Shown here: positions 50,464 through 61,841 of the stretch, one piece after another
How positions within the stretch are numbered: position 1 is the stretch's first letter
Layout: each line of letters starts with the position of its first letter
Assembly (NCBI RefSeq): GCF_963921235.1
Contig: NC_086108.1
Span: forward strand, 110,052,001 to 110,116,000
DNA from: Mobula hypostoma
Lineage: Eukaryota
Length of the DNA: 64,000 nucleotides
Direction of reading: 5' to 3'
Translations under genes and position numbers: made by a program
Notes under the pieces: generated by a model
Told to the model about the DNA's origin: nothing
Databases searched by the model: none
What the model saw: only the letters and a program-made list of their open reading frames with translations

Positions 50464-51171
50464 GTCACAGGCGCAATCAAAGGAACACACGAGTACAGGG
50501 CATCGTAACTGGTGAAAGATGCACTGAATTTAAAGTGAAAATAACATGGCAATGGCTTCAGTCGGGAAAGTTGATGAATTTGATAGTGCTAATGAAGGCT
50601 GGGAGTCGTATATCGTGAGGGTTGAACTGTACTGTAATGTGAAGGACGTGGACGAGCAAAAGAAAGCCCCTATGCTTCTTAGCTTAATGGGCCCAAGAAC
50701 ATACAGCCAGTCTTACGCAGCTCAATAACCCCTGCAAAGCCAGAAAGCAAGATGTTCGATGAAATTGTAACAGTTTTACAAAATCACTTGAGCACTAAAC
50801 TCCTGGTGTTAGCTGAGAGATTTAGATTTTATAAAAGGAACCAGGAAAAAGATGAAAGTCTTTCTGAATATATTGCAGAACTGCGCAAACTTTCCCAGTA
50901 CTGTGACTTAACAGATGGACATTTCTGCTGCCTTAAAGGATATGCTTGTTTGTGGATGCATAGTCAAAGCACTCAAAAGGGGCTATTGTTTGAAAGAAAC
51001 CTAACCTTAGACCAGGCAGTGACCATTGCAATTTCTTTAGAGACTGAGGCAAAGGATGCAGCAGAACTACAGAAAAGGAGGTTAGAATATGAAATACACA
51101 AAATGTCCCTGAATGGTGCAAAAAGCCAAAAATGTTATTGATGTGGCAAATCCTCCCATGATACAAATGAC

Positions 51172-52536
51172 AACAACAGGAATTCTGCAGATGCTGGAAA
51201 TTCAAGCAACATACATCAAAGTTGCTGGTGAACGCAGCAGGCCAAGCAGCATCTATAGGAAGAGGCGCAGTCGACGTTTCAGGCCGAGACCCTTCGTCAG
51301 GACTAACTGAAGGAAGAGTGAGTAAGGGATTTGAAAGCTGGAGGGGGAGGGGGAGATGCAAAATGATAGGAGAAGACAGGAGGGGGAGGGATAGAGCCGA
51401 GAGCTGGACAGGTGATAGGCAAAAGGGGATACGAGAGGATCATGGGACAGGAGGCCTAGGGAGAAAGACGGGGGGGGTGACCCAGAGGATGGGCAAGAGG
51501 TAAATTCAGAGGGACAGAGGGAGAAAAAGGAGAGTGAGAGAAAGAATGTGTGCATAAAAATGAGTAACAGCTGGGGTACGAGGGGGAGGTGGGGCCTAGC
51601 GGAAGTTAGAGAAGTCAATGTTCATGCCATCAGGTTGGAGGGGTTAAAGTCAACGAGTTCTGCATGCACATCTTTCCCTCCCCCCCCCCCACATTCCGCA
51701 GGGATCGCTCCCTACACAACTCCCTTGTCCATTCGTCCCCCCCATCCCTCCCCACTGATCTCCCTCCTGGCACTTATCCGTGTAAGCGGAACAAGTGCTA
51801 CACATGCCCTTACACTTCCTCCCTTACCACCATTCAGGGCCCCAAACAGTCCTTCCAGGTGAGGCATCACTTCACCTGTGAGTCGACTGGGGTGATATAC
51901 TGCGTCCGGTGCTCCCGATGTGGCCTTTTATATATTGGTGAGACCCGACGCAGACTGGGAGACCGCTTTGCTGAACATCTACGCTCTGTCCGCCAGAGAA
52001 AGCAGGATCTCCCAGTGGCCACACATTTTAATTCCACATCCCATTCCCATTCTGACATGTCTATCCACGGCCTCCTCTACTGTAAAGATGAAGCCACACT
52101 CAGGTTGGAGGAACAACACCTTATATTCCGTCTGGGTAGCCTCCAACCTGATGGCATGAACATTGACTTCTCTAACTTCCGCTAGGCCCCACCTCCCCCT
52201 CGTACCCCAGCTGTTACTCCTTTTTATGCACACATTCTTTCTCTCACTCTCCTTTTTCTCCCTCTGTCCCTCTGAATATACCTCTTGCCCATCCTCTGGG
52301 TCCCCCCCCCCCCGTCTTTCTCCCTAGGCCTCCTGTCCCATGATCCTCTCGTATCCCCTTTTGCCTATCACCTGTCCAGCTCTCAGCTCTATCCCTCCCC
52401 CTCCTGTCTTCTCCTATCATTTTGCATCTCCCCCTCCCCCTCCAGCTTTCAAATCCCTTACTCACTCTTCCTTCAGTTAGTCCTGACAAAGGGTCTCGGC
52501 CTGAAACGTCGACTGCGCCTCTTCCTATAGATGCTG
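51172..52536 (+). mobile_element. Penelope-like element with inverted pseudo-LTRs and 15-bp TSD
   Basis: The sequence up to 51640 is the reverse complement of ~52140-52536. GIY-YIG ORF 51664..52185. catgatacaaatgac is duplicated at 51157-51171 and 52537-52551. Confidence 0.93.
51269..51304 (-). ncRNA. Minimal type I hammerhead ribozyme motif, best-preserved copy
   Basis: Minus strand: AGUC-CUGACGA-AGGGUCUCGGCCU-GAAAC-GUC-GACU. Intact core boxes, GUC triplet, palindromic ACGU stem III. Confidence 0.8.
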
Positions 52537-54075
52537 CATGATACAAATGACTGTTGGTTTAAAGAAAAACTCTGCAAAAAGTATCACATAGAGAGAGTGC
52601 GCAAGGCAGACAAAAAGCACAACTGAGTGAAAGGTCTCAAACGCAAAATTAAGCAAGTGAATAGTTATGGAATGTAAAACAGAATCAGACAACATAGAGT
52701 CTGACAAAGGAGAACAGTCATGCCTAGAACTACATAGTATGACTGAAGCAAATGGCAATATAATATGGATCACAATAGATGTGTCTGGTGTAAAGCTGAA
52801 AATGGAGCTGGATACAGGGTCAGCTTTGTCCATAATTCCACAGGCTGACTACAACAGACTGTTTCCTAAGATACCATTAGAGAAGACCTCCGTGATGTTA
52901 AAGACATACAGAGATGAAAAAGTGCAAACTGAAGGTGAAGTTGACGTACGGAGGCCAAACACAACAGTTAGAGCTTTTTGTATTGAAAAGTGGAGGGCCA
53001 GCACTTTTCAGACATGAATGGTTGAGAAAAATCCAACTAGATTGGCACTCAATCAAAGCTCTCAGTGTGGCATCAACAGGCAACGGCAGGCCAAATGGTA
53101 GCACTGACCAGAGACTGGCACAGCTGCTTGATGCTAATGAGAAGGTGTTTGAGAAGGGGATTGGTAAACTCAGAGGCACGAAGGCCAGAATTGAACTGGA
53201 TAAAGCAGCAACACCAAGATTCTATAAAGTGCGTCCAATGCCTTATGCAGTGCTTCCTAAAGTGGATGCTGAACTTCAGAACTTGAAGGTATCTGGAATT
53301 CTCTCCAAGGTTGAGTGGAGTGATTGGGCCACACCCATTGTCCCAGTGATCAAGAAAGGGAAGGCCAGAGTTGTTCACATATGTAGGGATTTCAAGGTGA
53401 GCATCAACCCGGTGCTGTGTACTGTGTAGTATCCCCTGCCACGAACAAAAGACATTTTTTGCATCTTTGGCAGGTGGGGAGAGGTTTTCAAAGATTGACT
53501 TGTCACAAACCTATCTGCAAATGGAGATTGAGGAGTCAAGCAGGGAGTTCCTCACAATCAACACTCACAAGGGACTGTTCCAGTATAATCGTCTCATCTT
53601 TGGTGTCACATCAGCTCCAGCAATTTGACAAAGAGCAATGGACCAAGTGCTCCAAGATATCCCAGGAACACATTGTTAATTTGATGACATTATTGTGACT
53701 GGTAAAAACGATGAAGAGCACCTCCAGAACCTTGGTAAAGTGCTTACCAGGCTGAGTGAGTGTGGTCTGCGTGCAAATAGAGAGACGTGGGTTTATTGAG
53801 AAGGAAATCTCATATAGTGGACATGTTATTGACAAGCATGGCTTACATAAGTCCTAACAAAAGACTGAAGCAGTGCTGCAGGTGCCCAAATCAGAAAATG
53901 TGTCACAACTCAGGTCATACTTGGGCCTTGTAACTTACTACCACTGGTCTCACCCAAACATTGCTACAGTGCTGCATCCATTGAACACACTGTTACAGAC
54001 AGGAGCAAAGTGGGATTGGTCAGAAAGATGTGAAAAAGCATTCACGGAAACAAAGAGACTAATAACATCCAATGA

Positions 54076-57000
54076 CACTTCCAGTAAGATGGCGATAGGT
54101 TAATAACTTAAAATTGTCGCTCCATTTCATTTCTTACCTCCGCACTTCTTACCTTCCTTTTTCTACTCCAGACTGCTAATTTTTTTTGTTCTCCTACCTG
54201 CCTGCAAATACGTCTGTCCTGCAATGGCCTGCAAGCCCTCTAAAGCTGGGAAGAAAAGTCTCTGCGACTGCCTCCGGCTCCTCTGCCGACATTATCGCCA
54301 TTCTGGACCAGCACCGTCAGGAGATTATATCTGAATTTAAGTCTTCGTTCAGTTCGTTGGAGTCAAAATTGGATCAAATCAATTCCAAAATGGAGGAGCA
54401 TGCAGTCTGCCTCTCTCATCTTGACTTAGAAACCGGAGATTTAAAATCTCCTGTTCAGAAGTTGGAAGCCGTTTGTTCTAATTTGAGTGACAATAACACC
54501 AAGTTACCATCAAAAATTACTGATCTTGAAGGTCGGAGCAGAAGGCATAATCTACAAATCCTCGGTCTGCCAGAGGCTATCGAAAGTGGAGTTCCTGTTG
54601 AATTTTTTTCCTCTTTACTTTGTGAGATTTTTGGGAAAGGTACTCTGCTGAATTTATCTGAGTTAGACAGAACCCACCGTATATTTTGGTTTAAGCGTGA
54701 ATTGGGCTCCCGGCCATGCCCAGTTATACTTTGTTTTCATCACTATCAGGTGAAAAACCTTTTGATTATGGAAGCACATCGGAGAGGAAAATTGCATTGT
54801 GAGGGCCATCCCATTCGTATTATTGAAGATTATACTCATCAAGTTTTGAGGCTGCGTGCCGAATACAAAGGTGTAATAAGTTTTATAATCATGGTCTCAG
54901 GCCCTCGCTACATTACCCCGCCCATCTCCGAATAACTCTTAGTACTGGGGACAAAAAATGGTTCAACTCTGTTACAGAAGCTCAGGAATCCCTGCCGCTA
55001 CAACTTCTTCAGACTTGATTTGATTAGTTAAAATGGTTGATCACTATTTTTTTTCTCTCCTTGGGTTTCTTTATTTTTTGTTTTCCTTTTAAATTAAATT
55101 TTTTAAATGACTGAAAATGGTTTAACTCTGATATAAGAAGTTCAGAAATTTACTGAAATTCTCCTTGCTATGGTGACTCCTTCTAAATTAATTTTTAAAT
55201 TACTGAATATGGTTTAGCTCTGCTATAAGAAGTTCAGAAATTTATCAAAAGTCTCCTTGCTACGGTGTCTCCTTCAGACTTGATTTGATTATTTAAAATG
55301 GCCAATTGGTACTTTTTTTTCTTTCTTTCTTTTTTTCCCTGTTTTCTTTTTAAATTTAATTTTTTAATTACTGTATTCTTTTTTTCTCGTGGGTATGGTA
55401 ATCTGGATTATTATTTCAAGTTAAGTCTAACGAGGAACCCTGGAACACATCCTCAGTGGCTGTGCAAGGGCACTTGGTGAGGGACGGTACAGGTGGAGGC
55501 ATGATCAGGTCCTGAAGACCATCACTGAAGCCGTCAGTGCAGGAGTTGAGTGGGCAAAGTGGTCCCGACCCTCCAAGCAGACCATTGCCTTTGTCAGAGC
55601 TGGGGAGCAGCCAATACCTGCCAAAAGAACATCTGCAGGCATTCTGACCTCTGCAAGGGACTGGCAGCTGTTGGTGGACCTCGAACAGCAGCTGAAGTTC
55701 CCCAACCATATTGCAGCCACCACCCTATGGCCAGACATTGTCCTAGTGTCTGAGGCTACTAAGCAAGTGGTGCTGCTGGAGCTGACAGTCCCATGGGAAA
55801 ATAGCTTGGAGGAGCCCTTTGAAAGGAAGCTCTCCAAGTACGCAGGACTGGTCAGCAACTGTCAGCAGGCTGGATGGAGAGCGAGATATCTCCCAGTGGA
55901 GGTTGGTTGTAGGGGATTCATAGCCCGTTCTTTAGTTAGGGCCTTCAGTATTTTGGGCATCGAGGAAGAGAGGAAGAGGAGAGCCATCCGCAGTACCACT
56001 GATGCGGCAGAGAGGGCCTCAAGATGGCTGTGGCTCAAAAGAGGGGAGCCATGGAGTCATAAATAGCTAGCCATCTGGACACAAGCTGGGGTCTCATCAG
56101 CCCTGGCTGGGTCACCTGGAGGAGGTTGTATGATGTTGAAAGACCCAAAACACCCGATGATTCCAGGAACATCACTGAAGATGTGTCCAGAAGCATCAAT
56201 AAATGTATGTACACAGATACTTTTTGATAATACTGTTTTTTTCTTTATGTACAATTTTAATTCCAAGTGCATAAGCTCTCTGTTTTTTTTTAAATTGTTA
56301 ATTAAACGGAGCCCATGAAGCTACACAGAAACTGGAAGTTAGGGTTGGGGTAATTTTTTTCTGAAGAGCTTGCTGCTGTTCTTTGGCAGCTTTCTTGCTT
56401 TGGGATCTGAGCGGGGGAGGATTTCCTAGTGCCAACACTATTTAAACAACCCTTAGTTATTCTTTGCTATTCAGGGCTTTTTTTTTTTGCCCTGATTTTC
56501 TTGTTTTATACTTCTGCCCCAGAGCTGTTATTAGAATGTTTGTCCATATTTATGCCTACTACCCAATATGTTTTTTTATATGACAATGGTTAGCCTGTTG
56601 AATCTTATAAACTGGATTGTTAAGGGATTGAACCATCCTGTTAAAAGAAGGAAGGTGTTTTCACATCTCCAGCAGCTCAAAGCTGACATTGCTTTTTTGC
56701 AAGAAACACATATTCATAGTTTTGATAACTCTCGCCTTATGTCTAGGTGGGTGGGACAGAACTTCCATTCTGCTTTTCCGGCCAAAGCCAGTGGGGTTTC
56801 AATCCTTATTAATCAGAATGTTCCCTTTGAGCTTCACAGCAAAATTTCGGATACAAATGGTCGTTTTATTATTGTCTCTGGGAAATTGTATAAAAATAGC
56901 ATAGCCTTGGCTAACCTCTTTGCTCCCAATTCAGATGATGTGGACTTATTTGATCATTTTTTTTCTTTATTGCCTGACTTGAGTTTATATTCCCTCATAT

Positions 57001-60000
57001 TGGGTGATGATTTTAATTGCTGGTTAGATCCAGTATTGGATTGATCCTCCTCTGTTCCTAGACTCCCTAGTAAATCTGCTTTATCTATTCACTCTTTCCC
57101 TTCTAACTATGGTATCTCTGATGTGTAGAGTTTTTTTCATCCTACTGAGAGAGATTATTTCTTTTCTTCACATGTCCATCATACTTTTACTAGAATTGAT
57201 TATTTCTTAATGGATAATCAGCTGATTCCATCTGTTTGCTCTTGCGATTATCAGAGTATAGTGATTTCAGATCATGCCCCAGTTACCCTGTCCATAAATT
57301 TCCCTCGTTTTTCTCAAATGAACAAACATTTGCGTTTTAATCCATCCTTGTTGTCGGATAATGACTTTGTAAAATTTATGAAGGACCAGATAACTTTTTT
57401 TTTTAAGTACTAACATGTCATCTGAAATCTCATCTCATCATCTGGGATGCGATTAAAGCATATTTGAGGGGTCAAATAATTTCACATACTGTGAATCTGA
57501 AAAGAAAGACCTATTTAGAGCGTTTAGACTTGATTGGTCAAATCAAAGCAACAGACCAATTATATGCCCAGACCAAAAATCCTGAATTGTATAAGAAGAG
57601 AGTAGAACTTCAAACTAAGTTTGACCTCATCTCCACTCAGCCAGTTGAACACCAGCTTCTTGAAAGTAACAGCGGATTTTATATTCATAGGGCTAAGTCT
57701 GGTAAGTTTTTAGTTAACCAACTAAGATGCTCTAAAGCTAAACAACAAATTACAAAAATTTGAATGGGAAATGGGAACATTACTTCGAATCATTCTGATA
57801 TCAATGACACATTTAAGAACTATTATTCTCGACTTTATACCTCTGAATCTTTAAATGAGAATATCTCGGTTGGGCATTTTTTAAATAGGTTAAATATTTC
57901 TTCACTCTCCCTGACTTTAAAGCAAAACTCAATGAGCCATTGTCATTAGAGGAAATATCCTCTGTCATTTCTGCATTACGGTCGGGTAAATCTCCTGGAC
58001 CTGATGGCTTTTCTGCAGAATTTTATAAATCATTTTCTTCACTGCTTTCGTCTCAATTATTCTTAGTTCTATCTGATCCGTTTAAGCATGGCAAATTGCC
58101 TGCATCATTTAATGAGGCATGTATCATTCTTTAAGCCAAAAAAGCTAAAGATCCAACAGAGTGTTCTTCGTATAGGCCGATTTCTTTATTAAATGTCGAT
58201 GTTAAAATCTCGGCTAAAGTTTTGGCTTGTAGATTAGAGAACATTATACCATCTATTATTTCTGAAGATCAAACTGGTTGTACCAAACATCATCTTCCAT
58301 TTTTTAATATATGGTGCTTGTTTAATATCTTACATTCACCTTCAACTGGGACTCCTGAATGTGTTATTTCTCTTGATGCAGAGAAAGCGTTCCATCGTGT
58401 CACGAGGAATTACCTTTTTGCGGTTTTAGAAAAACTTGATTTTGGACAAAGTTTTACTACATGGATTAAATTGCTATATTCATGTCCCACCGCTTCTGTT
58501 TTCACCAACTCACAGCTATCCCAGTCTTTCAGCCTTAAACGCAGCACTCGTCACAGTTGCCCTTTAAGTCCCTTACTCTTCAATTTGGCTATGGAGCCAC
58601 TTGCCATTGCATTTCGTAGCTGTGCTGAAGTGATGGGGATTTGGAGGGGAGGTGTTGAGCATAAAGCTTCCCTTTATGCTGACAATCTTTTACTTTTTAT
58701 ATCAAACCCAACTACCTCCTTACCCTCAATGTTTTCACTTCTTAATAAATTTAGTCAACTTTCTGGTTATAAACTTAATTTACATAAGAGTGAACTCTTC
58801 CAATTAATAGAGAAGCACAAGCTTTAGTATTCCATGATCTCCCTTTTAAAGTAGTTAACAATCAATTCACTTATCTTGGTATTACAGTAACAAGGAACTT
58901 TAAGAATCTTTTTCGAGAAAATTTTACCAATCTTCTAAACTCTACAAAACAGAGTTTGACACAGTGGTCACCCTTGTCTATGTCTCTTGTAGGTTGTATT
59001 AATGTCATTAAAATGTATATCCTTCCTAAATTTTTGAATCTATTTCAGTCTTTACCAATTTTTATTTCTAAAGCTTTTTCCAATGGGTTAGATTCTATTA
59101 TTTTGTCTTATCTATGGAAAGGTAAATGCCCTAGACTTAATAAAGCTCACCTTCAAAATCTAAAAAGGAAGGTGGTATGGCGTTGCCTAATTTTCATTTA
59201 TATTATTGGGCAGCCAATATTCGTTGTTTTATTTTTTGGTCTTTCTTTCAAAATAAGTCTGACTGCCCAAAATGGGTGGCAATGGAGCTGAACTCTACTA
59301 AGGATCTTTCAATTTCTGCACTTCTCGGTTCTGCACTTCCTTGTCATTTGTCTAGACTTATTGTTAATCCTCTTATCAGACATACTTTAAGAATATGGGC
59401 TCAGTTCAGGAAATGTAATGGTCTTTGTGGTTCTTCTCTCTCTAGCCCTATTTTACACAATCATCTTTTCCTACCTTCTATGCGGGATTCAACCTTTTAC
59501 GCCTGGCATAGAAAGGGTATTAGACGCTTTGAAGATCTTTTCATAGATAATCGTCTTGCAACTTTTCAACAACTGTCTGTAAAGTTTAATCTACCTAATA
59601 CTCATTTCTTTAGATATCTTCAAATTAGACTTTTCATTAACCCTTTGATATCAAACTTTCCTGAGATGCCTGAGAAAAATGTTCTGGACCTGTTTCTTTG
59701 TATCTGCTATTCAGGATAAGTTAGTGATTTTGAGGCGTGCCCCTTTCGATAAAATTAGAACTGCCTGGGAACAAGATCTAAATATTTCCTTACCTGATGC
59801 GGTTTGGGATTCAATTCTTAAGTCAGTCAACTCAACCTCTCGATGTGCTCACCACTGCCTTTTGTAGTTTAAGGTTGTACACAGGACTCATATGTCTAAA
59901 ACTAAATTATTGCGGTTTTACCCTGACATTAGTTCTGTCTGTGATAAACATAAAGGCTTCCATTATTCATACGTATTGGGCCTGTCCTTGTCTAGAGAAA

Positions 60001-60712
60001 TTCTGGAGAGAAGTTTTTTCAACCCTATCTCATATTCTTAATTGCCATTTAGAACCTAACCCTCTGGTTGCTCTTTTTGGCACCTGGGTGAAGTAAATAT
60101 GCACTTGAATCCAACTAAATGTCGAACGTTATCTTTTGCCTCTCTCTTGACTAGACGGTTGGTTCTTCTTAGGTGGAAAGATGCTGCCCCACCCACTCAT
60201 ACTCAATGGCTTAGTGATATTATGGCCTGTTTAGACCTCGAAAAGATTAATTATTCACTTCTTAATTCGGGCATAAAGCTTCATAAGGTGTGGGGACCTT
60301 TTCTTGAATATTTTCATAACTCTTCTTTAGGATAGGTTTATCCCTTTTTTTGTATGCTACAATCCCTTACTTTCAGCATTTTTTTGTAAGTTATACGGTT
60401 TTTTGTTGTGAATTACATTACACTTTTGATAGTCGGCATTATACTTTCTTTTTTCAAATATATATTTACAGTTCTCTGGGGTTGAATGCTCCGATTAATT
60501 TTTTTTTCTTCTATATGCAGAAATGGTTGGCCTGGGTTTTTTTCCAGCGGGAGGTTGGGGTGGATACTAATTTTACATAATTCTCTTTTGGGTGCTTTTT
60601 CTTATTGTTATGAATTACATATTAGATTTGGTTTTTTTTGCACTGTATAAATCTCCATTTTGTTGTTGGGTTTTTTCTCTGTAGAAATGCATTAAAAAAT
60701 TAATTTTAAAAA
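54076..60712 (+). mobile_element. Full-length but dead L1-clade LINE (~6.6 kb including a nested insert)
   Basis: 5' cacttccagtaagatggcg. ORF1 (54186..54935) DLEGRSRRHNLQILGLPE. ORF2 EN ADIAFLQETH...DDFN...SDHAP, RT KSPGPDGF, SLDAEKAF, YADN, C-terminal H..W.CP. TSD atccaatga at 54067-54075 and 60713-60721. Confidence 0.93.
55431..56215 (+). mobile_element. 3' fragment of a HERO-like non-LTR element with restriction-like endonuclease
   Basis: LEHILSGC...RYRWRHDQVL, then PDIVLVS...LLELTVPWE...KY (ORF 55671..56066), then a 3' UTR. Confidence 0.85.
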
Positions 60713-60805
60713 ATCCAATGAACTACCCACCCATTATGGCCCATCCCTGCCCATCAGACTGGCTTGCGATGCGTCGCCTTATAGCATTGGAGCCATTTTG
60801 TCTAG

Positions 60806-61800
60806 CAATCAGAACCACCTTCTACCTCTGGGACAACAGCTACATGTTGACCCAGAGCCTGACATAGACCCTACACTTAGTAAGAGGTCTCTGTGGCAAT
60901 GTGGGAGAACAGAAGGACAAGCAGTGGAAAGGCCTGGAAGAGACTTAACACCGAATCTGGTACGGACTCAGAGGATGAGGAAATAGGAGTATGGTATATG
61001 ATACCTTATGCAAACTCCCAAATAATTGACGAAGAGACTCCCAATGCTGAATTGGATGAAACAGGGGTTGGGGATTAGCAGTGGACAGGCAGGCTTGTGG
61101 CTGGACAATGAAGGGAGATTAGGCTCTGAAGTAACTGGGAATGAAGCTGAACTCAGCCAAGTAACAGGGGGAGCTGAGTTGCCGGACAACACGAGTAATG
61201 GACAGGGAGAGGCCTCTCCATGTAGACAGGAAAGATCCCAGAGAGTGGAGGTGTCAAAGAGTCAGGAAACCCCCAGATAGGCTGGCCTATGTCACTCCAG
61301 GGGAACAAAGTGTCAGTGCCTATGCCCCTAGTGAGATATGTCACTACCATTTACAAATGGATTGGAGGTCCTGATATCACAAAATTCCTTTGAAAACTGT
61401 GTTATTAATGAGTGGATGATGAATTATTTTAAATCTTAAGGATGTGACTATTTTGGCAGGGGAAGAGTGAAATGCCTTGGTAAAGGTTTTACTGCTAATG
61501 TTGTAGGGTATTTCATGTAATGGTCTTTCTGTAGAAGCAGTGTTTGGGTTACTGTTAGAGATAAGGGATGCTTAGGAATGTGGGCCATCTAGTCAAGAGA
61601 GTGGAATGGGAAGAAGGTTCTAGGGAAGGCTGGGGGAGTGGCTTTGTGACTGACACTGGTGGAGGATCTTTGTTTGGTGGGAGATGGAGAAAAGATGCTG
61701 GAGAGAACCAATCATCAGATTTGGTGGAGCCAAGGCATGGAGGTCTACTGAGGATCAGTGAATATGGTTTTTCGAAAACTTGAGCTCCAAGCATTTCTAG
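60806..61800 (+). mobile_element. 3' end of a different Gypsy element: integrase C-terminus, PPT and start of LTR
   Basis: NHLLPLG motif, purine tract ggcaggggaagag directly before tgaaatg (61468). This LTR does not match the LTR at 44154-47346. Confidence 0.6.
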
Positions 61801-61841
61801 AGACACCCAGAAAGGGTGGGGGGGAAGAGTTCACACATATA

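Larger units (their letters stand above)
44154..60805 (+). mobile_element. Decayed Gypsy LTR retrotransposon (5' LTR, PBS, gag, protease, RT, RNase H start) hosting four insertions
   Basis: LTR tgtaatg(44154)...caaca(47346), split by a hAT. PBS-like aatcggcgatgag. gag ORFs 50546..50728 and 50752..51141 plus a CCHC knuckle. Protease KMELDTGS (52667..53017), RT EWSDWATPIVPV (52914..53429), RNase H LPIRLACDASPY after 60720. Confidence 0.85.

Noticed and set aside
54186..54935. L1TD1-like host gene
   Set aside because: It is ORF1 of a TSD-flanked L1 with ORF2 downstream.
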